DNA from: a virus
IMG/VR virus record: IMGVR_UViG_3300042991_000780
Coordinates: 31,173-95,172 of that record
Reading direction: 5' to 3' (one strand)
DNA: 64,000 bases
Positions 27,201 to 37,535 of this stretch are shown here, piece by piece. The notes below the pieces were generated by a model, which was given only the letters and a program-made list of their open reading frames with translations, had not been told where the DNA came from and searched no databases. Position 1 is the first letter of the stretch. Each line of letters opens with the position of its first letter. Made by a program: the position numbers and the translations under genes.

Positions 27201-27907
27201 AATATTCCTCTTTTATTCACATCAATATTATTTTCACTCAAAATATTATTCAATTCATTTCCATATTCTTTCATATCCCATTTTCCCCTAACCAATGCTG
27301 TTGCAATATATGGATATACGTTGCTATCATAATGTGATCCACCACGCTTATTTTCACCATCATAGTGATAAGCACCCATCATATTAAGACTAATCATTTT
27401 ACTACGATAATCCGCATCAGTTTCCAACCACCCATTACTTTTAACAATATTCATTAACTTAATATAATCAGAACTTCTCCAAATCGTTGCTTGCATTGCA
27501 AATATATTCGTATTGGTATATTCAATTTCATATAAGGTTTGTGATAACTGTTTGTTATATAAGTTGCCAGATTTTAATAATCTAACAAATGAATATTCTG
27601 AATGATCATGTAAAAATTTAATATATTCATTTATTTTTTCCTCATTTACATCATTATATAATATAAAATCTTCTTGTAAATAAATAAAGTAATCGCCACC
27701 AAATTTTTTAACAGCGTTTATCCAGACCTGATAATACGGGTCTTTATTATCATAAACCAATTGTTTATCAACATCATAATTTTCAATAATTTTATCAGAT
27801 GTAAAATATAATGGTAAATTAGTATGCTTCTGATTTTGTTTAATAAACATTTCCCAAACATCAGAACAATTTGAATTAGTATATGCTATTTGTGTTACCA
27901 TATGCAA
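27197..27907 (-). CDS. Putative glycosyltransferase
   Basis: YFIYLQEDF, QATIW, RGKW, plus cluster context. Confidence 0.5.
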   Translation of the reverse strand: MHMVTQIAYTNSNCSDVWEMFIKQNQKHTNLPLYFTSDKIIENYDVDKQLVYDNKDPYYQVWINAVKKFGGDYFIYLQEDFILYNDVNEEKINEYIKFLHDHSEYSFVRLLKSGNLYNKQLSQTLYEIEYTNTNIFAMQATIWRSSDYIKLMNIVKSNGWLETDADYRSKMISLNMMGAYHYDGENKRGGSHYDSNVYPYIATALVRGKWDMKEYGNELNNILSENNIDVNKRGIL

Positions 27908-28626
27908 GTCTTATTTAATGTATCAGCACCTTTTAAATAACCTCTTGTTGCACCAAGATGCATCATGCTATCTAATGTTGATCCAGCATCAAGATATGTA
28001 TTATTTGGTGATGATTTAAAACATTCGAGAATTAATATATTAGTAAAAGGTCCTGCACAAATTAAGAACATATGATTTTCAATATGATTATCCTCAACAT
28101 ATTTTTTCATTTCATAAACAAGTTCATAATTTGACATCCATGCATTTGTACCAACATAAAATGTTTTCACAATTTTATCTCTAAACGGTAAATCATATGT
28201 AATTGCCAATTTATTCACAACCATAACAATATTATAATTATTGAATTCTGGTATTATTTGTTTTACAAATAACGGATAATTCGAATTAACAAAAATGTTT
28301 CCCCAAGTTAAATGTTCTTCATCTTGTCCGGTTAATTTTTTTAATTTCATATGCTTATCATTACCAACACAACACCTACAAGCAATTCCCACATAATAAT
28401 TATCCGCTTTATATTGTGTTGACTCTAATAATTTCTCTCTAAAAAACTTATGCTGCTCTTGTTGTGGATCATATATGAATTCACCATTTAATTTTTGTCT
28501 TAGATCAATAAATTCATTAAATAATATTATCATCTCACCATCATTTGCTCTTGATATAGCAAATGGTTGATGATTTTTTATCATATTATAAAATTTGGTG
28601 AAATCTTCTTTAAATGTTTTCATCAT
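27895..28626 (-). CDS. GT-D fold (DUF1792-like) protein
   Basis: SRANDGE, CAGP, LDAGSTLD. Confidence 0.55.
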   Translation of the reverse strand: MMKTFKEDFTKFYNMIKNHQPFAISRANDGEMIILFNEFIDLRQKLNGEFIYDPQQEQHKFFREKLLESTQYKADNYYVGIACRCCVGNDKHMKLKKLTGQDEEHLTWGNIFVNSNYPLFVKQIIPEFNNYNIVMVVNKLAITYDLPFRDKIVKTFYVGTNAWMSNYELVYEMKKYVEDNHIENHMFLICAGPFTNILILECFKSSPNNTYLDAGSTLDSMMHLGATRGYLKGADTLNKTCIW

Positions 28627-29710
28627 ATTTAAAATTATTTGCTAATGTTAGTGCTCTATCAACAGTTTCATCCATATTAAGATATTTATATGAACCTAAT
28701 CTACCACCAAAAATATATTTCTTATTATCAACATTTTCAGCATATTTCTCATAAATAATTTGATTTTTATTATTATTAAATGGATAATATGCTTGAACAC
28801 CTATTTTCCAATCTTGTGGATATTCTCTGGTAATAATTGTAAAGTCTTGTTTGCCAAATTCAAAATGTTTATGTTCAATGATTCTGGTAAATTCATATTT
28901 TTTTTCAGGATATGAGACAACGCAAACACCTTGAAAATCTTTAACTGGTCGTGTTTCATTTTCAAATTTTAATGACCTGTATTCAAGTGCACCAAATTCA
29001 TAATTAAAAAATTCATCTATTGCACCAGTATATATAATTTTATCATATTTGTCATTAAAATATTCTTTATTGTTTAAATAATCAACGTTTAGATCAACAG
29101 GTATTGCTTTTAATAATGAATTAAATAATTTTGTGTAATCTGGCATACCTTGATAGATATCATAATAATAACTATCATTATAATCCATACGAATAACTTG
29201 TCGAGCAATTATTTCAGCCGGAATTTCTTTTGGGTTTTTATGCCACTGTTTTTCTAAATATTGTTTATAAAAAATATCATATATTTCTTTTCCAACATTT
29301 CCAAGTGCCCATTCTTCAGCATTATCATAAAAATTTCTTTTATATTCTTTGGTCACTTCAGTAATCTTTTTTTCCGCTTCTGTCGGAGTTGTTATATTCC
29401 ACAATTGATTTAATGTCATTAAATTAATTGGTAGTGAATATAATCTATCCCCAAATCTTAATTTCATTCTCAATGAAAATTGATTAATTGTGGTATGTTT
29501 TAACAAAAATTTCCACACCAAATCATTTGATGTGTGAAAAACATGAGCACCATACACATGAACATTAATACCATTCACATTTTCAGTATAACAATTACCA
29601 CCAATATGATTTCTTCGATCAATAACGTGACATTTATATCCAACATCAGTTAATTCTCTTGCTATTACTGACCCAAACAGTCCTGATCCAACAATTAATA
29701 TTTTTTTCAT
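28610..29710 (-). CDS. glf: UDP-galactopyranose mutase
   Basis: GSGLFG, HIGGNCY, YGAHVFH, LEYRSL, TRIIEHKHF, GRLGSYKYLNMD. Confidence 0.93.
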   Translation of the reverse strand: MKKILIVGSGLFGSVIARELTDVGYKCHVIDRRNHIGGNCYTENVNGINVHVYGAHVFHTSNDLVWKFLLKHTTINQFSLRMKLRFGDRLYSLPINLMTLNQLWNITTPTEAEKKITEVTKEYKRNFYDNAEEWALGNVGKEIYDIFYKQYLEKQWHKNPKEIPAEIIARQVIRMDYNDSYYYDIYQGMPDYTKLFNSLLKAIPVDLNVDYLNNKEYFNDKYDKIIYTGAIDEFFNYEFGALEYRSLKFENETRPVKDFQGVCVVSYPEKKYEFTRIIEHKHFEFGKQDFTIITREYPQDWKIGVQAYYPFNNNKNQIIYEKYAENVDNKKYIFGGRLGSYKYLNMDETVDRALTLANNFKYDENI

Positions 29711-29713
29711 TAC

Positions 29714-30397
29714 TTATTTCACGTATTTCTTTATTATTTTCTCAGTATATCCTTCAGGTATAATGTTTAAATGTTGTAATATCATTTTAGTGGCAATTGA
29801 CAATTCTGGAAAATCATTAATGTTTGAATCAACAAATTTAATTTTTGCTTTAATATTTAGTTGTTTTGCAATTAAATTCACAATTTCAATAACATAAAGT
29901 TTTTCGATAAATGGAAATTCAACATATGTGTTTTTATCTTTCCATTTTTTTAATAAAATATCAATAATTCCCTTTACATCATCCACATCAATTAAACTTT
30001 TATATGTGTTTTTATATACAGTAATTTCATTATTTGTTTTAATGCTATTCACAATATAATTAACCAATTCGTGATTATTTCCCCCAAATCCAATTGCTTG
30101 AGGTAGTTTTAATATTGTATAAAAATTATTAGAATCTTTTATAATGTTTTCGATATTTAATTTATGTTCAGCATATTTTCTTTTTAAAATGTTTGAATCG
30201 ATAAATGATGAGAAATATACAAGATGTTTATCTTTATGTTCATGTAATATCTTAATAAGCAAGTCCCTTTCTCTTTTAAATTCATTTGTATTGGTCTCAA
30301 AAGAATTTGAAACTCCGGCAGCAAATATTATATAATTGTCATCATTTTTATAATCATTTATAAATGCAGATGCTATTAACCCATTACCAATTACCAT
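29714..30397 (-). CDS. Short NAD-dependent epimerase/dehydratase-like protein
   Basis: IGNGLIA, FAAGVSNS, YFSS, Y..HK..IE. Confidence 0.7.
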   Translation of the reverse strand: MVIGNGLIASAFINDYKNDDNYIIFAAGVSNSFETNTNEFKRERDLLIKILHEHKDKHLVYFSSFIDSNILKRKYAEHKLNIENIIKDSNNFYTILKLPQAIGFGGNNHELVNYIVNSIKTNNEITVYKNTYKSLIDVDDVKGIIDILLKKWKDKNTYVEFPFIEKLYVIEIVNLIAKQLNIKAKIKFVDSNINDFPELSIATKMILQHLNIIPEGYTEKIIKKYVK

Positions 30398-30398
30398 T

Positions 30399-31133
30399 TC
30401 ATTTTATATTATTAACCGTTTTCCAACCACGATTCATGTAAAATATACAAATTTTATTTCTAATCTCCAAGTGATTTTGAATTTTCCATGATGCGTTATC
30501 GTCACTACCTATATTAAGACCATCGCTATAATTCGTACACCAAACATTCAAATTACTATCTGGGTGAGGTGGAACAAATGTATTTATGTTACCATATTTT
30601 TGTGCTAAATATGAAAATGTGATATCTTCACCATTCTCAAGAGTATATGGTTTTTCATACCAAATATATTTTGACCATTCTTGCCTAAAAAACCAAGCAT
30701 GACCAACAAGATCAACACGTATTGGTTTATCTGAGTGTGTTCCATTCCATCCAATCTTTATGTGTGGAACATATCCAGTATTTTGTAAAATAATGCCACT
30801 ACCGCCAAGAATTCCATTCGTTTCTGGTTTTTCGATTGTTTCTAAGCAATTCTTTAACCAATCTTTTTGTGGAATAATATCGTCATCAAATATTGCAACA
30901 TATGGTGTGTTTAAAAATAATGGTATTGTAAATCTACCAAAAAACTTAGTGTTCCAATTACAAACATATGTTTTTATTTTTTCATCTTTAGGGTACACTT
31001 GCACGATATTGCTTTTATTATACCAAACATGAATATTCTCACTCTTTATTGGGATCGACTGGTTCTTTATTGCTTGAATTTGTCTTTCAAGCATTCCCGG
31101 TCTTCTATATACATTTAATACAACACTTATCAT
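30399..31133 (-). CDS. Glycosyltransferase (GT2-like)
   Basis: AIFDDDIIP, VDLVGHAWF, GEDI. Confidence 0.7.
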   Translation of the reverse strand: MISVVLNVYRRPGMLERQIQAIKNQSIPIKSENIHVWYNKSNIVQVYPKDEKIKTYVCNWNTKFFGRFTIPLFLNTPYVAIFDDDIIPQKDWLKNCLETIEKPETNGILGGSGIILQNTGYVPHIKIGWNGTHSDKPIRVDLVGHAWFFRQEWSKYIWYEKPYTLENGEDITFSYLAQKYGNINTFVPPHPDSNLNVWCTNYSDGLNIGSDDNASWKIQNHLEIRNKICIFYMNRGWKTVNNIK

Positions 31134-31134
31134 A

Positions 31135-31812
31135 TTAAATTAATTTTTTAAATGTATTATTTATTAAATTATCAATTTCTTTATATGGATTATTTCCCCA
31201 AATAGTTTTATCATTTGTTAGTAATGGTTTTAACCACATACTTTCTCTTTTAATAGAAATAATTGAAATTTTTTGTTTTAACAAAAAATAACCCAAATAC
31301 GGATCAGACATATTTGAAATTTTAAAATCTTCCAAATTTATTTTAACCAATCCTTTATAAAAACAAGAAGTTCCAACACCGGGTATCATTACTTTTGTGT
31401 CTTCCTTTAATTCTTTTTTAAAATGATATACTGTTCTTCCCCTTTTATAATAATCAACACTTTGCTGTAAATTGATGTTACACCCATGAACACAACACAC
31501 TACTTTATTTTCATATTTTTTCATATTTTCTATGAGTCTTTCAGCATAATTTTTAGGATATAATATATCGTCATCAATGGTAAAATAATATGTATCATCC
31601 TCACAACAATTATAATAAAAAAATCTTAATTCAGAACCACCTTTTGTAATTTTAGATATTATTAAATTGTTATTTAATAATATATCTGGAATTTTATTAA
31701 ATCCTATAAGATTAACATATAATAAATCACATTGATCTAAAATGTTTGGAAGTATTATTTTCAAATTACTTTCCCTTGATGAAATAATATTAAGACTAAA
31801 TATTTTTTTCAT
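31135..31812 (-). CDS. Glycosyltransferase (GT-A fold)
   Basis: YFTIDDDILYP, GVGT, MSD. Confidence 0.7.
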   Translation of the reverse strand: MKKIFSLNIISSRESNLKIILPNILDQCDLLYVNLIGFNKIPDILLNNNLIISKITKGGSELRFFYYNCCEDDTYYFTIDDDILYPKNYAERLIENMKKYENKVVCCVHGCNINLQQSVDYYKRGRTVYHFKKELKEDTKVMIPGVGTSCFYKGLVKINLEDFKISNMSDPYLGYFLLKQKISIISIKRESMWLKPLLTNDKTIWGNNPYKEIDNLINNTFKKLI

Positions 31813-32351
31813 AAAACGGCAATAATATTATTGTGTATATATTCTATTTTATATTCTTTTAATTCTAATCTTCTAACCAAACTTTCAATTTCTGTAGAAT
31901 TAGATAAGATATTATTTTCAAATTGAATTCTATTGGGTACTATATCAACTTCATCAAAAAAATTATTTAATATAATTGCATCATGACCTTCAGTGTCAAT
32001 TTTTAGAAAATCAATAAAATTAATGTTATATTTTTCAATAATTTTTTTAATTTTTGTTACTTTTACAATATCTATTATAATATCTTCCCTTTTAAAATAC
32101 TGTAAAAGTCTTGGATGATAATCATACATAGAACAACAACCTCTTAACCAATTTGGTGCATTATATTTTTTTATTATCTTTTCAGTAACATAATACATTT
32201 TCGCAAATCCTTCATAATTGGAAATTGCAACATTTTCTTTAATACAATTATTTGGAAGTCTGTCAAAATAATATTTTACAGGCTCTATAAATATACCCGG
32301 CTCAATTCCTGCCAACGTATTAAAATCAGATGTCCCAATTTCTATGATCAT
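31809..32351 (-). CDS. FkbM family methyltransferase
   Basis: IEIG, IEPV, NVAIS, IDFLKIDTEGHD. Confidence 0.8.
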   Translation of the reverse strand: MIIEIGTSDFNTLAGIEPGIFIEPVKYYFDRLPNNCIKENVAISNYEGFAKMYYVTEKIIKKYNAPNWLRGCCSMYDYHPRLLQYFKREDIIIDIVKVTKIKKIIEKYNINFIDFLKIDTEGHDAIILNNFFDEVDIVPNRIQFENNILSNSTEIESLVRRLELKEYKIEYIHNNIIAVL

Positions 32352-32971
32352 TTGTAAAAAATTAATCTTTTACAGGTTGTGTCCTGCCTAATAAGTTTAC
32401 ATTTTTTAAAATTATTCAATAATATATTTTTAATTTCATTTGTATTATCCCTAACATCTAATATTAAAAATCCATCAGATTTAAGTGTTTTTTCAATAAA
32501 ATCAGAATATGTTGAATATGGATAATGAAATGATAACGAAAAAAAAGAGATAATAACATCATATTTTTCATTAAAGGGTAATTTGTCTTTATTAACATTA
32601 ATGAATTTAACTATATTAATTGGAATATCATTTTCGATCAATAAATTCTTCGTTAATTCAAATTCATTATAATAGGAGGCTTCTTTTTTAAAACCATAAT
32701 AAATTTTATCTGACTGACCGTTTTTATCAATTAATGTCATATTTTTTATATTAAAATTCTTATATAATAAAATATCAACAGCACCAACACCACAACCAAT
32801 ATCACAAATATTTAAATTTTGATTATTATTAATAAAATCTTTAATAATTTCAATATCATTAGATATGTGTTTATTATATGCAAAATCAAATTCTTCGTCA
32901 GTTAATGACTGTCCATAACCAGTTCTTTGTAGTTTGCAAAATTTCCTCGTTTCTTCATTTAATTTTATCAT
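32348..32971 (-). CDS. Class I SAM-dependent methyltransferase
   Basis: CDIGCGVG, YDVIIS, LKSDG. Confidence 0.8.
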   Translation of the reverse strand: MIKLNEETRKFCKLQRTGYGQSLTDEEFDFAYNKHISNDIEIIKDFINNNQNLNICDIGCGVGAVDILLYKNFNIKNMTLIDKNGQSDKIYYGFKKEASYYNEFELTKNLLIENDIPINIVKFINVNKDKLPFNEKYDVIISFFSLSFHYPYSTYSDFIEKTLKSDGFLILDVRDNTNEIKNILLNNFKKCKLIRQDTTCKRLIFYK

Positions 32972-32975
32972 TCTA

Positions 32976-35561
32976 TTATTTTTTTATTAAAAAATCATCT
33001 ATCATTTTTTTAAATCCTTTTGACATATCATTCCATCCCCATTTCTGAATATCTTTGCTTGCATTTAATGACATATTTTTATACAGTTCTTTATCATCGA
33101 TTAATTTCTTTATACAACTCACATATGAATTAATATTTGCATAATTATCAACAATAAAACCATTAATATTATTTTTAATTATTAATGAAACTAATCCAAC
33201 ATCATTAGCAATTACAGGAATACCACATGCCATTGATTCTAATAACGTATTTGGTCCTGTTTCTGAAATAGAACTTATTATAAAAACATCAATACTATTA
33301 TAATATTTTTTCATTTCTGATTGTGATAATATTTTGTCATGATTTGTATCAATAATCAATGATGAATTTATTATATTATTTTTTATTAAATCATTTTGAC
33401 ATATTTCGACAATTCTTGACACTCCTTTATGATTTTCCCATTTCTTGCTTCCAACAAACCCTATTCTAAATAATGAATCATTTTTTTTAATGTTTTCTTT
33501 TTTATAAAAATCAATATTTACTCCATTCATTAAATAATATTTATTTTTATTTTTTATTTTATTAAATAGATCAATATTATTTGCAAATACGAATTCAAAA
33601 TTTTCCAATAAAATAATATTTTTCTCCGATTTCATGGACGATATTCCACAGATTATTTTTTTACTATTGATAATTGGTAATACTTTAGGTGAAAATGCAA
33701 TTATACAATCATAATCATTATCATTAAGTAGCATATCATATCTTATAATATCAATATCATAATAAATATTTAAATATTTTTTTATGTTAAATGACATAAT
33801 ATAAAACGCCCAATTCATAACATCATAAATAAAACACACTCTCGGTTTTTTAAAATGAAAATTTTCACCTTGTTTACAAAACATCCAATTGTCGGTTTTA
33901 TCGTCATATCTTTTTCTAATAAAATTTTCTAAATTTTCATATTTTTTTGATGCGTCATGATATGACATAATGATCAACGAATTGTAATTATTATATTCTT
34001 TATTATTCAATAATTTAACAATATTTTTATTTGAAAAATAAGCACCATTCAATCCCGGCATGTCTTCAATTCCACCCGTTTCTTTCCATAATTTATGAAA
34101 TGTATCAAAAAATAAATCAGTTTTTTCATTTTTATTGAAATAACAAACACCACCACCAATAAATGTTTCTTTTTCAATATTAAACATTTGGCATATTTTA
34201 AAAAATTTTTTGAATTTATTATGATTAATTGCCAATTTTTGAATTTCTTCAATTTTATATGTTTTCCAAGCAGGTGATACTATATCAAATTCATGTAAAT
34301 ATGAAAATGGTTTAATAAAATCTTTGGATAATACTTTTGAATCAATATCAATATATAATGTTTTTTTAAATTTAGTGTGTTTTGATAATTGCGTTTTTAT
34401 AATTCTATTATCATCATCTTGTAAATTGTGAAAAACAAATTCAACATTACTAATATTATTCCACTTTTCATTTCTAACAAAATCAGGCAAATTTGTGTGT
34501 ACCAATATTGGTAAACTTGAAAATTCTCTAATTGAAGAAGCACAGAACGGTGCAATTGAATCGTAATCAATTCCAAATGAAATTAACATAATACCACAAT
34601 TCGATAAATCTATTTCGGTTGTTAATTTTATTGTAGTATATTTATTAACAATTTTATTTATTTTAATATTTTCAACATTTTGATAATGTACGATTAAGCC
34701 ATTATATTCTCTTCTTATTTTATTTCGAGTTTTAATATCAATTCTTTTTGCTAAACTACCAGAATGTACTCTTCTATAAAATATTGGCTTCTCAATCGTT
34801 CCAAACATTGCATGCTTTTTCATTCTCAATAAAAATTCTCTGTCTGCACTACAAATCCAAGGTTGATATCCCCCGGCTTTTTCAAAAATAGATTTTTTTG
34901 CAAATATTGCACCCAATGCAACAGGCATTGAATTTCTTGAAACGTTATTTATATTGTTTGTGAAATCATAAAAACCAAATTTTATAATATCAAAATCATT
35001 TGCCTGATTCATAATCTCATTTATCATTTCAGGCATCATTACATCATCACTGTCAAAACGAAGAATATTATCATATTTAACTAAATCCAATAATGTATTT
35101 GTTGTTATATATGTGCCTTTATTGGACTCCATCATATAAACAGACAGATTTCTATATTTATGTGCAATTTGTTTTACTTTTTCTAATGTTTCCTGACAAC
35201 CATCAATACCAACCAATACTTCATAGTTATTATTATTGTTAAAATAAGTTTGATTTTCAATTGAATCTAAGCACTCTTCAATAAAGTTCTGAGTTTGATA
35301 TGCCGTAATAATAATTGATATTGGTATCTTTTTCTCAGAAAGATCAAGTGCATTCTCTATTAACCGATGTATATTTGGTTTACCATAAATTCTCAAATAA
35401 TCTCTTTCTTTCATTGGCTTATTGGTAATAACAGCCGTTTTTTTTAAAACAACTTCCTGATCTTTTTGACCTTTTTCAATAAAGATTAGTTTACTGTGAC
35501 GTAATTCAATTTTTTTTCTTATTACCTCTTTTTTATTTAATCTATGTCTTTTCATGTCCAA
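32976..35561 (-). CDS. Three-domain glycosyltransferase (GT2 + GT-A/GT8-like + GT4)
   Basis: SIIITAY...RFDSDD; TLYIDID; ETGPNTLLESMACGIPVI. Confidence 0.8.
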   Translation of the reverse strand: MDMKRHRLNKKEVIRKKIELRHSKLIFIEKGQKDQEVVLKKTAVITNKPMKERDYLRIYGKPNIHRLIENALDLSEKKIPISIIITAYQTQNFIEECLDSIENQTYFNNNNNYEVLVGIDGCQETLEKVKQIAHKYRNLSVYMMESNKGTYITTNTLLDLVKYDNILRFDSDDVMMPEMINEIMNQANDFDIIKFGFYDFTNNINNVSRNSMPVALGAIFAKKSIFEKAGGYQPWICSADREFLLRMKKHAMFGTIEKPIFYRRVHSGSLAKRIDIKTRNKIRREYNGLIVHYQNVENIKINKIVNKYTTIKLTTEIDLSNCGIMLISFGIDYDSIAPFCASSIREFSSLPILVHTNLPDFVRNEKWNNISNVEFVFHNLQDDDNRIIKTQLSKHTKFKKTLYIDIDSKVLSKDFIKPFSYLHEFDIVSPAWKTYKIEEIQKLAINHNKFKKFFKICQMFNIEKETFIGGGVCYFNKNEKTDLFFDTFHKLWKETGGIEDMPGLNGAYFSNKNIVKLLNNKEYNNYNSLIIMSYHDASKKYENLENFIRKRYDDKTDNWMFCKQGENFHFKKPRVCFIYDVMNWAFYIMSFNIKKYLNIYYDIDIIRYDMLLNDNDYDCIIAFSPKVLPIINSKKIICGISSMKSEKNIILLENFEFVFANNIDLFNKIKNKNKYYLMNGVNIDFYKKENIKKNDSLFRIGFVGSKKWENHKGVSRIVEICQNDLIKNNIINSSLIIDTNHDKILSQSEMKKYYNSIDVFIISSISETGPNTLLESMACGIPVIANDVGLVSLIIKNNINGFIVDNYANINSYVSCIKKLIDDKELYKNMSLNASKDIQKWGWNDMSKGFKKMIDDFLIKK

Positions 35562-37165
35562 CTTTCACTAATAACCTCATCGTATAAATTAAATACTTTC
35601 CCGGCAGAAATGTCACTTCTATATTTCTCAATATCGGTTGGAACATCTTGTAATGTCTTACTAAGAATGTTTCCAGATTTATCCACAGTGTAAATCCAAC
35701 CCGGTTTTCCGCATAAAAAACCTTCTATTGTTGTTCTGCCTTTAAAAATACCTGCAGTATAATTACATTTCTTTATGAAGTCTTCGACATTTGACTTTAC
35801 ACCCAGATATTTTACATGATTGCCTCTTAATTGATCGGCATAAACACCATTATTTGCACCAATAACCCAAAGTTCCTGATTATTTTGTTTTGTCATTTCA
35901 ATGAGATCAAGCAAAATATTTTTTCTTAAATAATCAAGAGTGCCAATAAATAACACAATCTCTTTTTCATTATTAACTGGCTTGTATGCCATATTAAATC
36001 GTTTAGGATCAAATGGATTATCAATCAGTACAATCTTATCACCAGATACACCAAATGTCTTTATATAGTCCGTAATTGACTCCCTGATTGAAATGTATCG
36101 CTTTATTACTGGATTAATTATTGGTTCTTCAAATGTTGGGATAACTTCGCTTCTCACGTGCATAACAGCAGGAGTGTTTGGATATAATTGTAATACTAAC
36201 TCACCAATTGGCTTATGATTAATATGAATTATATCAAATTCTTTTTCGTTTTTATAAAACTGATACTTACCATCCTTATCAATAACATAATTTGGCGGTC
36301 TTTGATGTGAATAAACTTTAACGCCATTTTTTTGTGCTTTACTTAATAATGGTTCACCAATTACGGTAGATATTATTGACACATCGCATCCAAGTTTAAC
36401 AAGTTCTTTTGAAAGTTCATAATTCGATACTTCCGATCCAGTATAATTTTTAAAAAACTGACAACAAATAAGAACTTTTAATTTATCCTCAGATACATAT
36501 CTCATTGGAAGTTTATAGTTTTCAGTGAATTTCTTTCGATTTGCTTCCCAATTAGGATCAGTTTGTCCGATTGACTTATGTAAAATTCTTATTGATGTTG
36601 TTACACCAACATCACAACCATCCAAATAATTATCAACACAGAACGGAACATCATAAAAATGGAATAATCCGTAATTTTCATTGAAGTTATGTTCTGTTTT
36701 ATCTGGATCAAATGTCATAAACAAGCCATCAATCATTAATGTCGGCTGAATGCCATTAAACGAATTTGAATATTCATTTACCCACGTGCTGATTCCGTTT
36801 GTGTGTTCAACGATACCGTACATTTTACTTCTATCGCCCCACCACATTCCGGTTTCAGGAATAAATGTACTCCCGGCAACACCAACAATAGTATAACTGG
36901 TATGATTAAAATGACCAAGCAGTATTTTTCCCCAATTTTTTGTTTTGATGATAATATCGTTATGACACATCACAAAAACACAATCTTTTTCATAATGGTT
37001 TTTTATTGCGTCATTATAGATTTGAGGTAATGAAAACTGATTGAAATTAGGATAACAAATCGTTTTATGTTTTACACCGATTGTGTCATCAATATGTTTG
37101 ATAAAATTCTGATTTTCAACTTCAGATAAATGAGATGAAAATACAATAACAACATTATTTTTCAT
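35552..37165 (-). CDS. Two-domain glycosyltransferase (GT2-like + GT4-like)
   Basis: MCHNDI, IDGLF, FHFYD; TGSEV, GRTTIEG..CGKP. TAAATTTG promoter element at 37185-37192. Confidence 0.75.
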   Translation of the reverse strand: MKNNVVIVFSSHLSEVENQNFIKHIDDTIGVKHKTICYPNFNQFSLPQIYNDAIKNHYEKDCVFVMCHNDIIIKTKNWGKILLGHFNHTSYTIVGVAGSTFIPETGMWWGDRSKMYGIVEHTNGISTWVNEYSNSFNGIQPTLMIDGLFMTFDPDKTEHNFNENYGLFHFYDVPFCVDNYLDGCDVGVTTSIRILHKSIGQTDPNWEANRKKFTENYKLPMRYVSEDKLKVLICCQFFKNYTGSEVSNYELSKELVKLGCDVSIISTVIGEPLLSKAQKNGVKVYSHQRPPNYVIDKDGKYQFYKNEKEFDIIHINHKPIGELVLQLYPNTPAVMHVRSEVIPTFEEPIINPVIKRYISIRESITDYIKTFGVSGDKIVLIDNPFDPKRFNMAYKPVNNEKEIVLFIGTLDYLRKNILLDLIEMTKQNNQELWVIGANNGVYADQLRGNHVKYLGVKSNVEDFIKKCNYTAGIFKGRTTIEGFLCGKPGWIYTVDKSGNILSKTLQDVPTDIEKYRSDISAGKVFNLYDEVISESWT

Positions 37166-37218
37166 GCATTAAAATAATAAGTTACAAATTTAACGAATGA
37201 AAACTAAAATGTCAAGGA

Positions 37219-37533
37219 TTATTGTTTTTTTTGTGCATTTAATGCTGCCTCGTAATCTGACTTTGCTTTTTGAAGCGGAAATGGTATTCTGATAAGTTCA
37301 TTATCCAATATATCAAATTCATTTACATACTTCGGATTAGCATATAAGATCAGGAAATCGTAAAACGGATTGCCATAATATTTCAATGCTAATTTATCAA
37401 GTCTGCTGTAATTTACATTCCAATACTCATATTTATCACTTGCATTTACTGGTAAATTAACAAACGGCATATTATCAGTTGTACCATCACTGTTTCTTAA
37501 TATCGAATATCTATTATAGTCTGGATGTGGCAT
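37219..37533 (-). CDS. Baseplate wedge / LysM-like (gp53/tail X-type) protein
   Basis: RLDKLALKYYGNP...ILYANP...IRIP. Confidence 0.65.
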   Translation of the reverse strand: MPHPDYNRYSILRNSDGTTDNMPFVNLPVNASDKYEYWNVNYSRLDKLALKYYGNPFYDFLILYANPKYVNEFDILDNELIRIPFPLQKAKSDYEAALNAQKKQ

Positions 37534-37535
37534 TG

